Source: Selenomonadaceae bacterium (GTDB lineage Bacteria > Spirochaetota > Spirochaetia > Sphaerochaetales > Sphaerochaetaceae). From it: a DNA stretch of 64,000 nt. The notes below the pieces were generated by a model. That model saw nothing but the letters and a program-made list of their open reading frames with translations, did no database searches and was not told the origin of the DNA. The DNA is taken from assembly GCA_963621975.1 (NCBI GenBank), contig CAVFGI010000004.1, forward strand, positions 16,357 to 80,356. Reading direction: 5' to 3'. The translations under genes and the position numbers were made by a program. Of the stretch, positions 19,746-27,863 are shown piece by piece. Each line of letters starts with the position of its first letter. The stretch's first letter is position 1.

Positions 19746-21056
19746 TTAGCTCTCCTTTTTTACTATATCAATAGAGTGTCCATCTGCATTATTCAGTGAA
19801 ACGCCCATGATTTTTGCGTATGTTGGAGCACCATCAACAAGCTTTGCGTGCTCAATAACTCTTTTTTCATAAATATCGGGTCCTACTGCAAGAAATACAG
19901 GTCTAGGCCCTTTATCTGGATGGAAGCCGTGTCCTCCTCTCTCGGCCTCATATAAGCCCATAGGGAGAGACTCAATTTCTTTTCCATTCCAGTTAAATCC
20001 AAATTTGGTGTACCCATCTGTTTCAAGAACGAACTCAAAGGCTCCTGAAAGTTTTTCTGTATCATTGGTTTCTTGAACTGTATAGACTTTCTCAAAACCA
20101 TGCATATTAGACTCTGCAGCTTCTGTTAACACCTTGTACAAATCTTCTTTGCAACTTGGGTCTTTAACATAAACCTGAACACCCATTCCTTCTCCTAAAG
20201 CAAGGGCCTTCCAATCTGTGATATTTCCATCTTTGTCTGTAGAAATAAAACCTTTTTCTTTCAAAAATACGTTAGGATAAGCCATCCTTGAGCAAGTCAT
20301 TTGTCCATGGTCAGAAGTAACAACAAAATTTGTGTGCTCAAAGGTGCCAGCATCTTTTGTTGCATCAAAAAGCATACGAATCATTGAATCTGTATCTGAA
20401 AGACTTCTCTTTGTTGTTGCAGAGAAAACACCTGTTGTGTGCCTAAAATGGTCAAGGTTTCCAACATGGATAATCATGATATCTGGGGTGTACTTTCTAA
20501 TTATATCGCAGGCAATTCTCACAAGAAAATAACTACTGCTTGGCTGTTTTCTTCCACGACGCATCCATATTTTATCTCTAACAATTTCGTCATAAAGCCA
20601 CAGAGGAGTTCCAGATGCTAGATAAGCCTTCTCCCAGTCTTCTGAGGAGTCCTCTTCCTTATTCTCAGGCCAGGTTTCATTAACTAGATAATCAACATTT
20701 GGATGATTGCCAGAAATGGGCCAACCAATAATGGATGTTGTATATCCTGCCTTTTTACAGACGTCAATTATATCTTCACACTTCACATCTTGGTGAAATC
20801 TATGCCACCTTGTAATTGGATTTTTTCCTTCCTCAAGAATAATCTGCTCGTTACTTGTAATTCCATGTTTGTTGGGATAACAGCCTGTAGACATTGTAGT
20901 ATGACAAGGATAGGTTACTGTAGGATAGATACTCCTAAAATCTTTTACATATGATCCATGTTCCATTATGTAGTGAACAGCTGGCATATCTTTCATAACA
21001 GCTAGGTCCTGCTGAACCATAGCATCCATAGATATAACCACAAGTTTATTATGCAT
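19746..21056 (-). CDS. alkaline-phosphatase-superfamily phosphodiesterase / nucleotide pyrophosphatase (NPP-like)
   Basis: 436 aa. VVISMDAM (metal Asp), YPTVTYPCHTTMSTGCYP (Thr nucleophile context of type I phosphodiesterases), VVTSDHGQ. No signal peptide, so probably cytoplasmic. Confidence 0.72.
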   Translation of the reverse strand: MHNKLVVISMDAMVQQDLAVMKDMPAVHYIMEHGSYVKDFRSIYPTVTYPCHTTMSTGCYPNKHGITSNEQIILEEGKNPITRWHRFHQDVKCEDIIDVCKKAGYTTSIIGWPISGNHPNVDYLVNETWPENKEEDSSEDWEKAYLASGTPLWLYDEIVRDKIWMRRGRKQPSSSYFLVRIACDIIRKYTPDIMIIHVGNLDHFRHTTGVFSATTKRSLSDTDSMIRMLFDATKDAGTFEHTNFVVTSDHGQMTCSRMAYPNVFLKEKGFISTDKDGNITDWKALALGEGMGVQVYVKDPSCKEDLYKVLTEAAESNMHGFEKVYTVQETNDTEKLSGAFEFVLETDGYTKFGFNWNGKEIESLPMGLYEAERGGHGFHPDKGPRPVFLAVGPDIYEKRVIEHAKLVDGAPTYAKIMGVSLNNADGHSIDIVKKES

Positions 21057-21078
21057 ATACAGAGCCTCCCTAGCGAAT

Positions 21079-21107
21079 AGTTAAACACGTGATTGCAAAT
21101 ATGTCAA
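21079..21107 (-). promoter_or_regulatory. promoter of the NPP-ABC operon (- strand GAATAAAAACTTGACA-N17-TTAACT)
   Basis: TTGACA is + strand 21102-21107 and the -10-like TTAACT is 21079-21084. The layout is shared with the promoters at 27775 and 30219. Confidence 0.5.
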
Positions 21108-21136
21108 GTTTTTATTCGTTTTTGTTTAATTTTACA

Positions 21137-21156
21137 CAAACTCGCTCATTATCGCT
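21137..21156 (-). promoter_or_regulatory. ATGAGCGA box copy 1 (- strand AGCGATAATGAGCGAGTTTG)
   Basis: 29 nt upstream of the -35 and 80 nt upstream of the NPP ATG. See findings for the alignment. Confidence 0.6.
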
Positions 21157-21202
21157 TATTAAACAGTATAATACCAGCTATTTAAAGGGTATGCATGCTG
21201 AA

Positions 21203-21232
21203 TTTTGTAAAGCTTTTGTAAAGTTTTGCGCA
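21203..21232. repeat. three phased degenerate units TTTTGTAAAG-C-TTTTGTAAAG-TTTTGCGCA abutting the GH4 stop codon
   Basis: Same arrangement and position (immediately 3' of a - strand stop codon) as 14414-14439. Confidence 0.5.
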
Positions 21233-21233
21233 C

Positions 21234-22538
21234 TTATCTATACTCACCTATCCACTGCTTATGTGCTTCAAACAAATCATCGCAAAGTGCTTTAATTTCA
21301 TCTAAACTTAATTCACTTGCAGTATGAGGGTCCAACATGGTTGCTCTATAAACATCCTCTTTACTTCTTGAATGAGCTGCCTGAATTGCCATTAGCTGAA
21401 CGTTTATATTTGTTCTGTTCAATGCCGCACACTGCTCTGGAAGATAGCCAATAATTGTAGAAGATATTCCGTGTGCATCAGCTATACAAGGAACCTCAAC
21501 ACAGGCATCATTTGGCAAATTCTTAATAGAACCGTTATTGATAACATTACCGTTAAATTCATAAGGAACATCAGTTGTTACAGCCTGAATTATCAAGGAT
21601 ACATACTCATTAGACCTCTCGTGTGTAAGGTTTGGATTTTCAACCAATTCTTTGCGCATATTAGCCCATTTTTCTATGTTTTTAAGACACCTTCGAGGAT
21701 ACTCATCTAAAGGAATGTTATAGTTTTCGATAAATTCCGGATAACTCTTCTTTATAAAGTATGGAAGATACTCAGAAAGATGTTCACTTGATTCAGTTAT
21801 GTAATAACCAAAACATTGCATTATTTTATGTCTAACTAAGTCGTTAGCTGGAGCTTTTTCTAAAGATAGTCTCTTGATTTCTGGGTAGATATCTACACCA
21901 TCTTCTCTTACCTCCAGTAGCCAGCCCATGTGATTAATGCCAGCAACCTTATATGTAATCTTACCTTTTACAGGACGATCCAATCCTTTAAGTAAACTTG
22001 CCACAACCCTCTGCACGCTATGACAAAGGCCAACGGTTTTAATTGGAGTGTAACGTTGCATATAACCGGAAAGAATAGCCATTGGGTTAGTGTAATTGCA
22101 GAACAATGCATTTGGACAATTCTTTACCATCTTTTGAGTGAAGGTTTCCAAAACTGGAATAGTTCTAAGTGCGCGGAATATACCGGCAGGGCCAAGCGTA
22201 TCTCCAATAGTCATTTTAAGACCATATTTATTACAAATATCAAAATCGGCTTTTGTTGCTGGATCATACCCACCAACCTGAATAGCATTACAGACAAAGT
22301 CAGCACCGCGTAAGGCCTCATCCAATTCTAATAATCCACAATAAGCCTTAACTGTTGCCTTGTTTGCATTTAAGTTTTTATTTAATACAGAACAAATTGC
22401 AAGAGAATCGTTCAAACGCTCTCTATCTATATCATACAATGCATACTCCATAGACTCCAAACCGGGAGTGAGCATACAGTCCCCTACTACGTTACGTAAA
22501 AAAACAGAACTTCCAGCGCCCAAAAATGTAAGCTTCAT
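21234..22538 (-). CDS. glycoside hydrolase family 4 (NAD+/Mn2+-dependent alpha-galactosidase/alpha-glucosidase type)
   Basis: 434 aa. N-terminal MKLTFLGAGSSVF dinucleotide fold, GLCHSVQ and GINHMGW motifs typical of GH4. Confidence 0.88.
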   Translation of the reverse strand: MKLTFLGAGSSVFLRNVVGDCMLTPGLESMEYALYDIDRERLNDSLAICSVLNKNLNANKATVKAYCGLLELDEALRGADFVCNAIQVGGYDPATKADFDICNKYGLKMTIGDTLGPAGIFRALRTIPVLETFTQKMVKNCPNALFCNYTNPMAILSGYMQRYTPIKTVGLCHSVQRVVASLLKGLDRPVKGKITYKVAGINHMGWLLEVREDGVDIYPEIKRLSLEKAPANDLVRHKIMQCFGYYITESSEHLSEYLPYFIKKSYPEFIENYNIPLDEYPRRCLKNIEKWANMRKELVENPNLTHERSNEYVSLIIQAVTTDVPYEFNGNVINNGSIKNLPNDACVEVPCIADAHGISSTIIGYLPEQCAALNRTNINVQLMAIQAAHSRSKEDVYRATMLDPHTASELSLDEIKALCDDLFEAHKQWIGEYR

Positions 22539-22551
22539 TCTTAATCCTCCT

Positions 22552-23682
22552 TTAGCTTAACTTATCAGCAAACTCCAACTCCATTGCAGCCCATATAAAC
22601 ATTGCCACACCGTGTAGATTATCCGTAACTCTTGGCTCGTACTCTGTATAATACTCAAAATTAGCACTCCTTACCGGCTCTTTATCCTTAGCCAACCCAA
22701 GACACGCAGTCTTACAAGTATTATGCAAATGCAACTCGCCGTTTGAATCGCAAGTTAACTCACGTGCACACATCCCTTCAAACCCTTTTTTTGCACTCAA
22801 ATTGTAGGAATCATCCAAAAATCCCAGTCTATGCATCTTTAAAAAGAAATAGATAAACATAGATGTGGCCGATGTCTCCAAGTAATTTTCACCCACACCT
22901 GGTTTATCCATCACCTGCCACCACATCCCACTTTCTGCATCTTGACAGCGCAACACAGCTGGGGCCAGCGCTAAGGCCAATTTAAGTAGACTATCCCGAT
23001 ACTTCTTATATTCTTCAGGAATAATTTCAAGTAAATCTGCTAAAGCTATAACGTACCAGCCAAGTGCACGAGACCAAACCTCAGGGCTTCTTCCTGTTTT
23101 AGGGTCACACCAAGGACTAAGACAAGACTCGTCCCAGCCATGATGAAGCAAACCAGTTTTCTCGTCTTTTGTCTTTTCGTAAACAAGTTCAAATTGATGA
23201 ACAACATCTTCTAAGCACTCTTTCAGTCCACCAAATTCCATTGTGTACTTAACATAAAAAGGGGCTTCCATATAAAGACCATCAAGCCACATCTGGTTCT
23301 CATGCTTCTTTTTATGCCAAAACCCACCAGATGGCGTTCTGGGTTGACCTTGTAGCTGTTTGTAAAACAAATCCAAAGCAGTTTTGAATTTCTTTTGCCC
23401 AGTTTTTTTATAAAACTCAATAATCAGATTTCCCATTCGAATCTGATCCATACTATATTCTTCAATATTGTAAGTACTTATCACTCCGTCTTTTGGGATA
23501 TAATAATTAAGCATAGTGCTCACATAGTTGTAAAGCTCCTCGTTCTTAAGAAGTTGAGAAGCCTTGTACAAAGACTCAAGCAAAATTGACATTCTATAGC
23601 TGTATTTAGTGTTTTCAGTGTTATACTTTTTGATGGCAGATAGGCTCATTCGTTCTGTCATGGATTTTGTGCTATCAATCAT
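22552..23682 (-). CDS. unsaturated glycuronyl / rhamnogalacturonyl hydrolase (GH88/GH105 family)
   Basis: 376 aa. WLDGLYMEAPFYVKY and WSRALGWYVIALADLLE resemble the YteR/YesR (alpha/alpha)6-barrel signatures. Confidence 0.72.
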   Translation of the reverse strand: MIDSTKSMTERMSLSAIKKYNTENTKYSYRMSILLESLYKASQLLKNEELYNYVSTMLNYYIPKDGVISTYNIEEYSMDQIRMGNLIIEFYKKTGQKKFKTALDLFYKQLQGQPRTPSGGFWHKKKHENQMWLDGLYMEAPFYVKYTMEFGGLKECLEDVVHQFELVYEKTKDEKTGLLHHGWDESCLSPWCDPKTGRSPEVWSRALGWYVIALADLLEIIPEEYKKYRDSLLKLALALAPAVLRCQDAESGMWWQVMDKPGVGENYLETSATSMFIYFFLKMHRLGFLDDSYNLSAKKGFEGMCARELTCDSNGELHLHNTCKTACLGLAKDKEPVRSANFEYYTEYEPRVTDNLHGVAMFIWAAMELEFADKLS

Positions 23683-23698
23683 ATTTCAGCCTCTTTTT

Positions 23699-23718
23699 TT
23701 GTTATGAGCGATTGTATC
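23699..23718 (+). promoter_or_regulatory. ATGAGCGA core in + orientation (TTATGAGCGATTGTA), overlapping the putative -10 of the GH105 promoter
   Basis: Core 23706-23713 matches exactly, the flanks are weaker. It is inverted relative to box copy 2, 65 bp away. Confidence 0.4.
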
Positions 23719-23741
23719 GTATAAAAGAGGTTTTTGCAAAA
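23713..23741 (-). promoter_or_regulatory. putative GH105 promoter (- strand TTGCAA-N17-TACAAT)
   Basis: The -35 is the centre of palindrome copy 23729-23744. The -10 TACAAT is + strand 23713-23718. Confidence 0.4.
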
Positions 23742-23744
23742 CAA
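23729..23744. repeat. palindrome family copy GAGGTTTTTGCAAAAC
   Basis: Lies in the GH105 / M20 divergent intergenic region. Confidence 0.6.
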
Positions 23745-23771
23745 AAACTATTAATAACAAGTAAAATTTAA

Positions 23772-23791
23772 CACAGTCGCTCATATTCGCT
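23772..23791 (-). promoter_or_regulatory. ATGAGCGA box copy 2 (- strand AGCGAATATGAGCGACTGTG)
   Basis: 30 nt upstream of the putative -35 and 89 nt upstream of the GH105 ATG. Confidence 0.6.
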
Positions 23792-23844
23792 TGCAAAGCA
23801 TCACTTTTCTGCTATCATAATAGAAAAAGTTGTTTGGAGTAAAT

Positions 23845-25224
23845 ATGACCGAATATTTGCACATAATTGATGAAAAAAGAGATGAGCTTAAAGCTATTTC
23901 TGATTATATTTGGGACAATCCAGAGCTAATCTTTGAAGAATATAAATCATCGGAATGTATTATCAATGCACTAAAAAAATATGGATTTGAAGTAGAAACA
24001 AATCTTGCAGGAATTAAAACAGCATTCAGTGGAAGCTTTGGAAAAGGCTATCCTGTCATTGGAATTCTTGGAGAATTTGATGCTCTTTCTGGTTTAGGAC
24101 AAGTTGCTGGATGTCCAACAAAAAACCCAGATGGAAAACCAAATGGGCATGGGTGCGGACATAATTTGCTTTGCATAGGTTCTTTAGCAACTGCTTTAGC
24201 AATAAAACAATATTTAGAAACAACAAAGAAAGACGGAACAGTAATATTCTATGGATGTCCAGCAGAAGAAGGGGGCTCCGGAAAAGCTTTTATGGCCAAG
24301 CATGGTGTTTTTGATAAACTTGACTTTGCCTTATCTTGGCATCCAAATGCACAATGCAAAGTAAGAACGTATAGCTCCCTTGCAAATTACCAAATTCTTT
24401 ACAAATTTGATGGAATTGCGGCTCACGCTGGCGCCTTCCCACATTTGGGAAGATCGGCATTAGATGCAGTGGAGCTCATGGATGTTGGCGTAAACTATCT
24501 ACGCGAGCATATTATTCCAGAAGCAAGAGTTCACTATGCAATCACAGACTCCGGCGGAATTTCTCCTAACGTTGTACAACCTCACGCGGAAGTGCTCTAT
24601 CTTATAAGAGCCCCTAAAGTAGATCAACTTGTAACTATATACGAAAGAATAAATAAAATTGCAGAAGGAGCTGCCTTGATGACTGAAACAAAGACAAGTC
24701 ATGATTTTATAAAAGGTTGTTCCAATCTTATAATGAATGATACAATGCAACGCCTAATACAAGAAATTGCAGAAAATACAAAACATCCAGTCGTTTCTGA
24801 AAAAGAGTATAAATTTGCTCAAGAACTTACAGAAACATTTGTCAACTCTCCAGATGCAGACAAAGAAGACCCATTAATGAATGAAATTCTTCCCTATGAA
24901 CCTAATGCAGTTTTGGGCACAGGGTCTACAGATGTTGGAGATGTTTCATGGATTTGCCCTACCGCACAAATTCTTGGAGCTACTTGGGTAAAAGGAACTC
25001 TAGGACACAGTTGGCAAGCAACAGCACAAGGGAAAACCCATTATGCCGTTGATAACGCTCTTTGGTGTTCCAAAGTACTTGCGCAAACTGCAGTGAGAAT
25101 GATTGAAGATCCTTTAATTGTTTGTAAGGCAAAGGAAGAGTTTAAGCAAAAGACAGGAAAGGGTTATATCTGTCCTATTCCTGACGGGCATAAACCACGA
25201 ACTGTGTCAAATTTAACAAAATAA
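23845..25224 (+). CDS. M20-family amidohydrolase (AbgB / aminoacylase-like)
   Basis: Track ORF begins at TTG 23830. ATG 23845 follows GGAG. GHGCGHNL metal-binding segment and PAEEGGSGK are typical of the M20D/AbgB subgroup. Confidence 0.7.
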   Translation: MTEYLHIIDEKRDELKAISDYIWDNPELIFEEYKSSECIINALKKYGFEVETNLAGIKTAFSGSFGKGYPVIGILGEFDALSGLGQVAGCPTKNPDGKPNGHGCGHNLLCIGSLATALAIKQYLETTKKDGTVIFYGCPAEEGGSGKAFMAKHGVFDKLDFALSWHPNAQCKVRTYSSLANYQILYKFDGIAAHAGAFPHLGRSALDAVELMDVGVNYLREHIIPEARVHYAITDSGGISPNVVQPHAEVLYLIRAPKVDQLVTIYERINKIAEGAALMTETKTSHDFIKGCSNLIMNDTMQRLIQEIAENTKHPVVSEKEYKFAQELTETFVNSPDADKEDPLMNEILPYEPNAVLGTGSTDVGDVSWICPTAQILGATWVKGTLGHSWQATAQGKTHYAVDNALWCSKVLAQTAVRMIEDPLIVCKAKEEFKQKTGKGYICPIPDGHKPRTVSNLTK

Positions 25225-25345
25225 ATACACATCTTGCTCAAAAGGTAAAAAACATGTAATCAATAGCAGAAAAAAAGAATGAAAATTTTCACAAGCTCTG
25301 TTATAATGTCTCTTGTATCAATCAAAAAACTAAAAGGAAATTAAA

Positions 25346-26113
25346 ATGCTCAGCTCCGAAAGACGTAACAGAATTTTAGATCTTATAAAAGAACAAAAAA
25401 CGGTAAACATAAGTGAACTTGTTGAGAAATTTGGTGCTTCCGTTGCCACAATCAGAAGAGATTTAACGGAAATGGAAAATCAAAAGTTGATTCACAGGGT
25501 TTATGGTGGCGCCGTTGCCGTTAATGACTCTCAGCTTGCATCATACTCAATGCGTTCAGATACAAATACTTCAAAAAAGAAAGCAATAGGTAGAGAAGCT
25601 GCAAAACTAATTTCGGATGGCGAATGCATTGTCATGGACATAGGAACCACAACTCAAGAAGTTGCAAGAAATCTTCATAATAAAAAGAACCTTTTGATTG
25701 TAACAAGCAATCTTACAATCTTAAACGAATTCAGTAATACTCCTGAGTCAACAATTTCTGTTACCTGCCTTGGAGGAGAGCTACTTCAATCACAACAGTC
25801 GTTCCTTGGTGCTATTCCAGAAAAAGCTTTAGAGAATTATTTCTTTGATAAAGCAATAATTGGAACAGCTGGAGCAGATATAAGCAATGGAATTTCCAAT
25901 TTCTGTGTTCCTGCATCTTCTTTAACAGCAAAAATAATTAGCAGAGCAAAGGAAGTTATTTTAGTCACAGATAGTAGTAAATTTGACAACAGAAAACTAG
26001 TAGTCACTTCCAATTGGGACAAAATTGACGTAGTTGTAACAGACAGTGATATTAGTGAAAAATACAAAGACGCATTCCGGGGCTTAGGAATACGTCTTGT
26101 AATAGCAGATTAA
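25346..26113 (+). CDS. DeoR-family transcriptional regulator
   Basis: 255 aa. N-terminal winged HTH (RRNRILDLIKEQKTVNISELVEKFGASVATIRRDLTEME) and a C-terminal sugar-phosphate sensor domain. Confidence 0.9.
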   Translation: MLSSERRNRILDLIKEQKTVNISELVEKFGASVATIRRDLTEMENQKLIHRVYGGAVAVNDSQLASYSMRSDTNTSKKKAIGREAAKLISDGECIVMDIGTTTQEVARNLHNKKNLLIVTSNLTILNEFSNTPESTISVTCLGGELLQSQQSFLGAIPEKALENYFFDKAIIGTAGADISNGISNFCVPASSLTAKIISRAKEVILVTDSSKFDNRKLVVTSNWDKIDVVVTDSDISEKYKDAFRGLGIRLVIAD

Positions 26114-26130
26114 AAAACCTCTAAATACTA

Positions 26131-27078
26131 CTAAACCACCCTATTTAAAACTTCTTTACCTTCACTTGCCTTGATTACATTGCCAGCGCAAATGATGCTA
26201 ATTGCATCTAATGCTTCTTTGGAGTATGACGCAACATGATTTGTAATAATAACTTGTGAAAGTGTAAGAAGGGGGTTTTCCGCCTCAATTGGCTCTGAAA
26301 GAGTAACATCCAGACCGGCTCCTGCAATAACTCCATTCTTTACAGCTTCATACAAAGCCTTTTCGTCAACAAGACCCCCACGAGCAGTATCAATTATCCT
26401 AGCAGTAGGCTTCATAAGCTTAAATTGCCCGGCACCAATCATGCCTCTAGTCTCTTCTGTCAATGGAAGATGTACGCAAATGAAATCGCTATTTCTGAGA
26501 ACGTCCTCATAAGAAACCAGCTTAACATAGTTTAATTCATCTGGAACCTGACTGACATAGGGATCATAAGCCACTATCTCCATATTAAATCCGCGAGCCC
26601 TCTGTGCCACCTTTCTTGCAATATGCCCAAAACCAAGAAGGCCCAACTTCTTATTGCAAACATCCACCCCGATATTTGCTACAAAGTTTCTCTCCCTCAA
26701 GGCATCGACTGAATATACAAAATTTCTTGCACAAGCAAGCATCATCAGAACAGTGAAATCAGCAACAGCATCAGAATTAGTATTTGGTGCATTTGTAACA
26801 ATAACATTGTGCTCTTTTGCAACTTGTAATGGAATATTATCTAAGCCAACTCCATGCTTACAAATTATTTGTAAATTGGGACAAGAATTAAAAAGCTCAG
26901 CAGGAAATGGATGCGCACCAATGATTAAAGCTTGGTAGTTTGGCATTTCCTGTTCAAACTTAGCTTGGTCAAAGTTGGTAGTCATGTAATCAATTTGCCA
27001 ACCTTGCTCTTTTAACATGGCAGTAGAAACATCAGAGGTTTTGCCAAACGACCTAGAGGTAACAAGTACTTTTTTCAC
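26131..27078 (-). CDS. D-isomer-specific 2-hydroxyacid dehydrogenase (PGDH/glyoxylate reductase-like)
   Basis: 315 aa. NAD fold GLLGFGHIARKVAQRA, and R/E/H catalytic-triad context (DTARGGLVDE ... TNHVAS). Confidence 0.85.
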   Translation of the reverse strand: MKKVLVTSRSFGKTSDVSTAMLKEQGWQIDYMTTNFDQAKFEQEMPNYQALIIGAHPFPAELFNSCPNLQIICKHGVGLDNIPLQVAKEHNVIVTNAPNTNSDAVADFTVLMMLACARNFVYSVDALRERNFVANIGVDVCNKKLGLLGFGHIARKVAQRARGFNMEIVAYDPYVSQVPDELNYVKLVSYEDVLRNSDFICVHLPLTEETRGMIGAGQFKLMKPTARIIDTARGGLVDEKALYEAVKNGVIAGAGLDVTLSEPIEAENPLLTLSQVIITNHVASYSKEALDAISIICAGNVIKASEGKEVLNRVV

Positions 27079-27079
27079 A

Positions 27080-27721
27080 TCAACCTTCCAATGCCTTTAC
27101 GTATTCTTGGGCAACAGCTGTGATTTCATCAAACATACCAGCTTCAACCAAAGCCTTACTAACAAGATTTCCACCAACACCAATTCCAATACAACCAACA
27201 TCAATAAAACTCTTGCAGTTAGCAGGATTTACACTTCCAACAGCCGTCATTGGGATATGTTTTAAAGGAGCACGAAGAGCCTTAATATAGGAAACACCAA
27301 GAACTCCAGCAGGAAACAACTTAACAATATCGGCACCACACTTATAAGCAAAAGCAACCTCGGTTGGAGTCATGGCACCAGGGATAGAAACCTTTCCAAG
27401 TTTCTTTGTCTCTTTAATAACTTCTTCATCAACATTTGGAGAAATAATATATTCAGCACCAGCTTCAACAGCCAAATTAACTTGCTCAACTGTCATTACA
27501 GTACCAGCACCAACACAAATACCTTCAATAGAAGAAAGCGTCTTAATTCCTTTTAAAGAATCCTCTATTCCCTTCTCTGATGACTGATCAAGGGTAATTT
27601 CAATACAGTTGATTCCACCTTTCTTGATAGCAGTTGCAAGATTAACAATATCTGAACTAGAAATCCCTCTAACAATTGCAATAACTTTTCCGGCTTTGAT
27701 TGTGTTCAAAACATCACTCAC
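27080..27721 (-). CDS. eda: 2-dehydro-3-deoxyphosphogluconate / 4-hydroxy-2-oxoglutarate aldolase
   Basis: 213 aa, GTG start after GGGAGGGAG. IEITL and VKLFPAG (Schiff-base Lys context) are typical of Eda. Confidence 0.85.
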   Translation of the reverse strand: MSDVLNTIKAGKVIAIVRGISSSDIVNLATAIKKGGINCIEITLDQSSEKGIEDSLKGIKTLSSIEGICVGAGTVMTVEQVNLAVEAGAEYIISPNVDEEVIKETKKLGKVSIPGAMTPTEVAFAYKCGADIVKLFPAGVLGVSYIKALRAPLKHIPMTAVGSVNPANCKSFIDVGCIGIGVGGNLVSKALVEAGMFDEITAVAQEYVKALEG

Positions 27722-27774
27722 AGCACTCCCTCCCGAGAATTACTTACTCTTTTTGTAACATTTATGACAATTTG

Positions 27775-27803
27775 ATTAAAACACGCCGGCGTTTTTATGT
27801 CAA
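27775..27803 (-). promoter_or_regulatory. promoter of eda-dehydrogenase unit (- strand GAATAAAAACTTGACA-N17-TTTAAT)
   Basis: TTGACA is + strand 27798-27803 and TTTAAT is 27775-27780. The 16 nt GAATAAAAACTTGACA are identical to the 21102-21117 promoter. Confidence 0.5.
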
Positions 27804-27843
27804 GTTTTTATTCACTTTTGATTGAAAGTTACTAACCTTTCAA

Positions 27844-27863
27844 CAAAGTCGCTCATAATCTTT
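27844..27863 (-). promoter_or_regulatory. ATGAGCGA box copy 3 (- strand AAAGATTATGAGCGACTTTG); contains the GH36 stop codon
   Basis: The TGA of the box core is the stop codon of the 27853-30159 gene. It lies 40 nt upstream of the -35. Confidence 0.6.
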
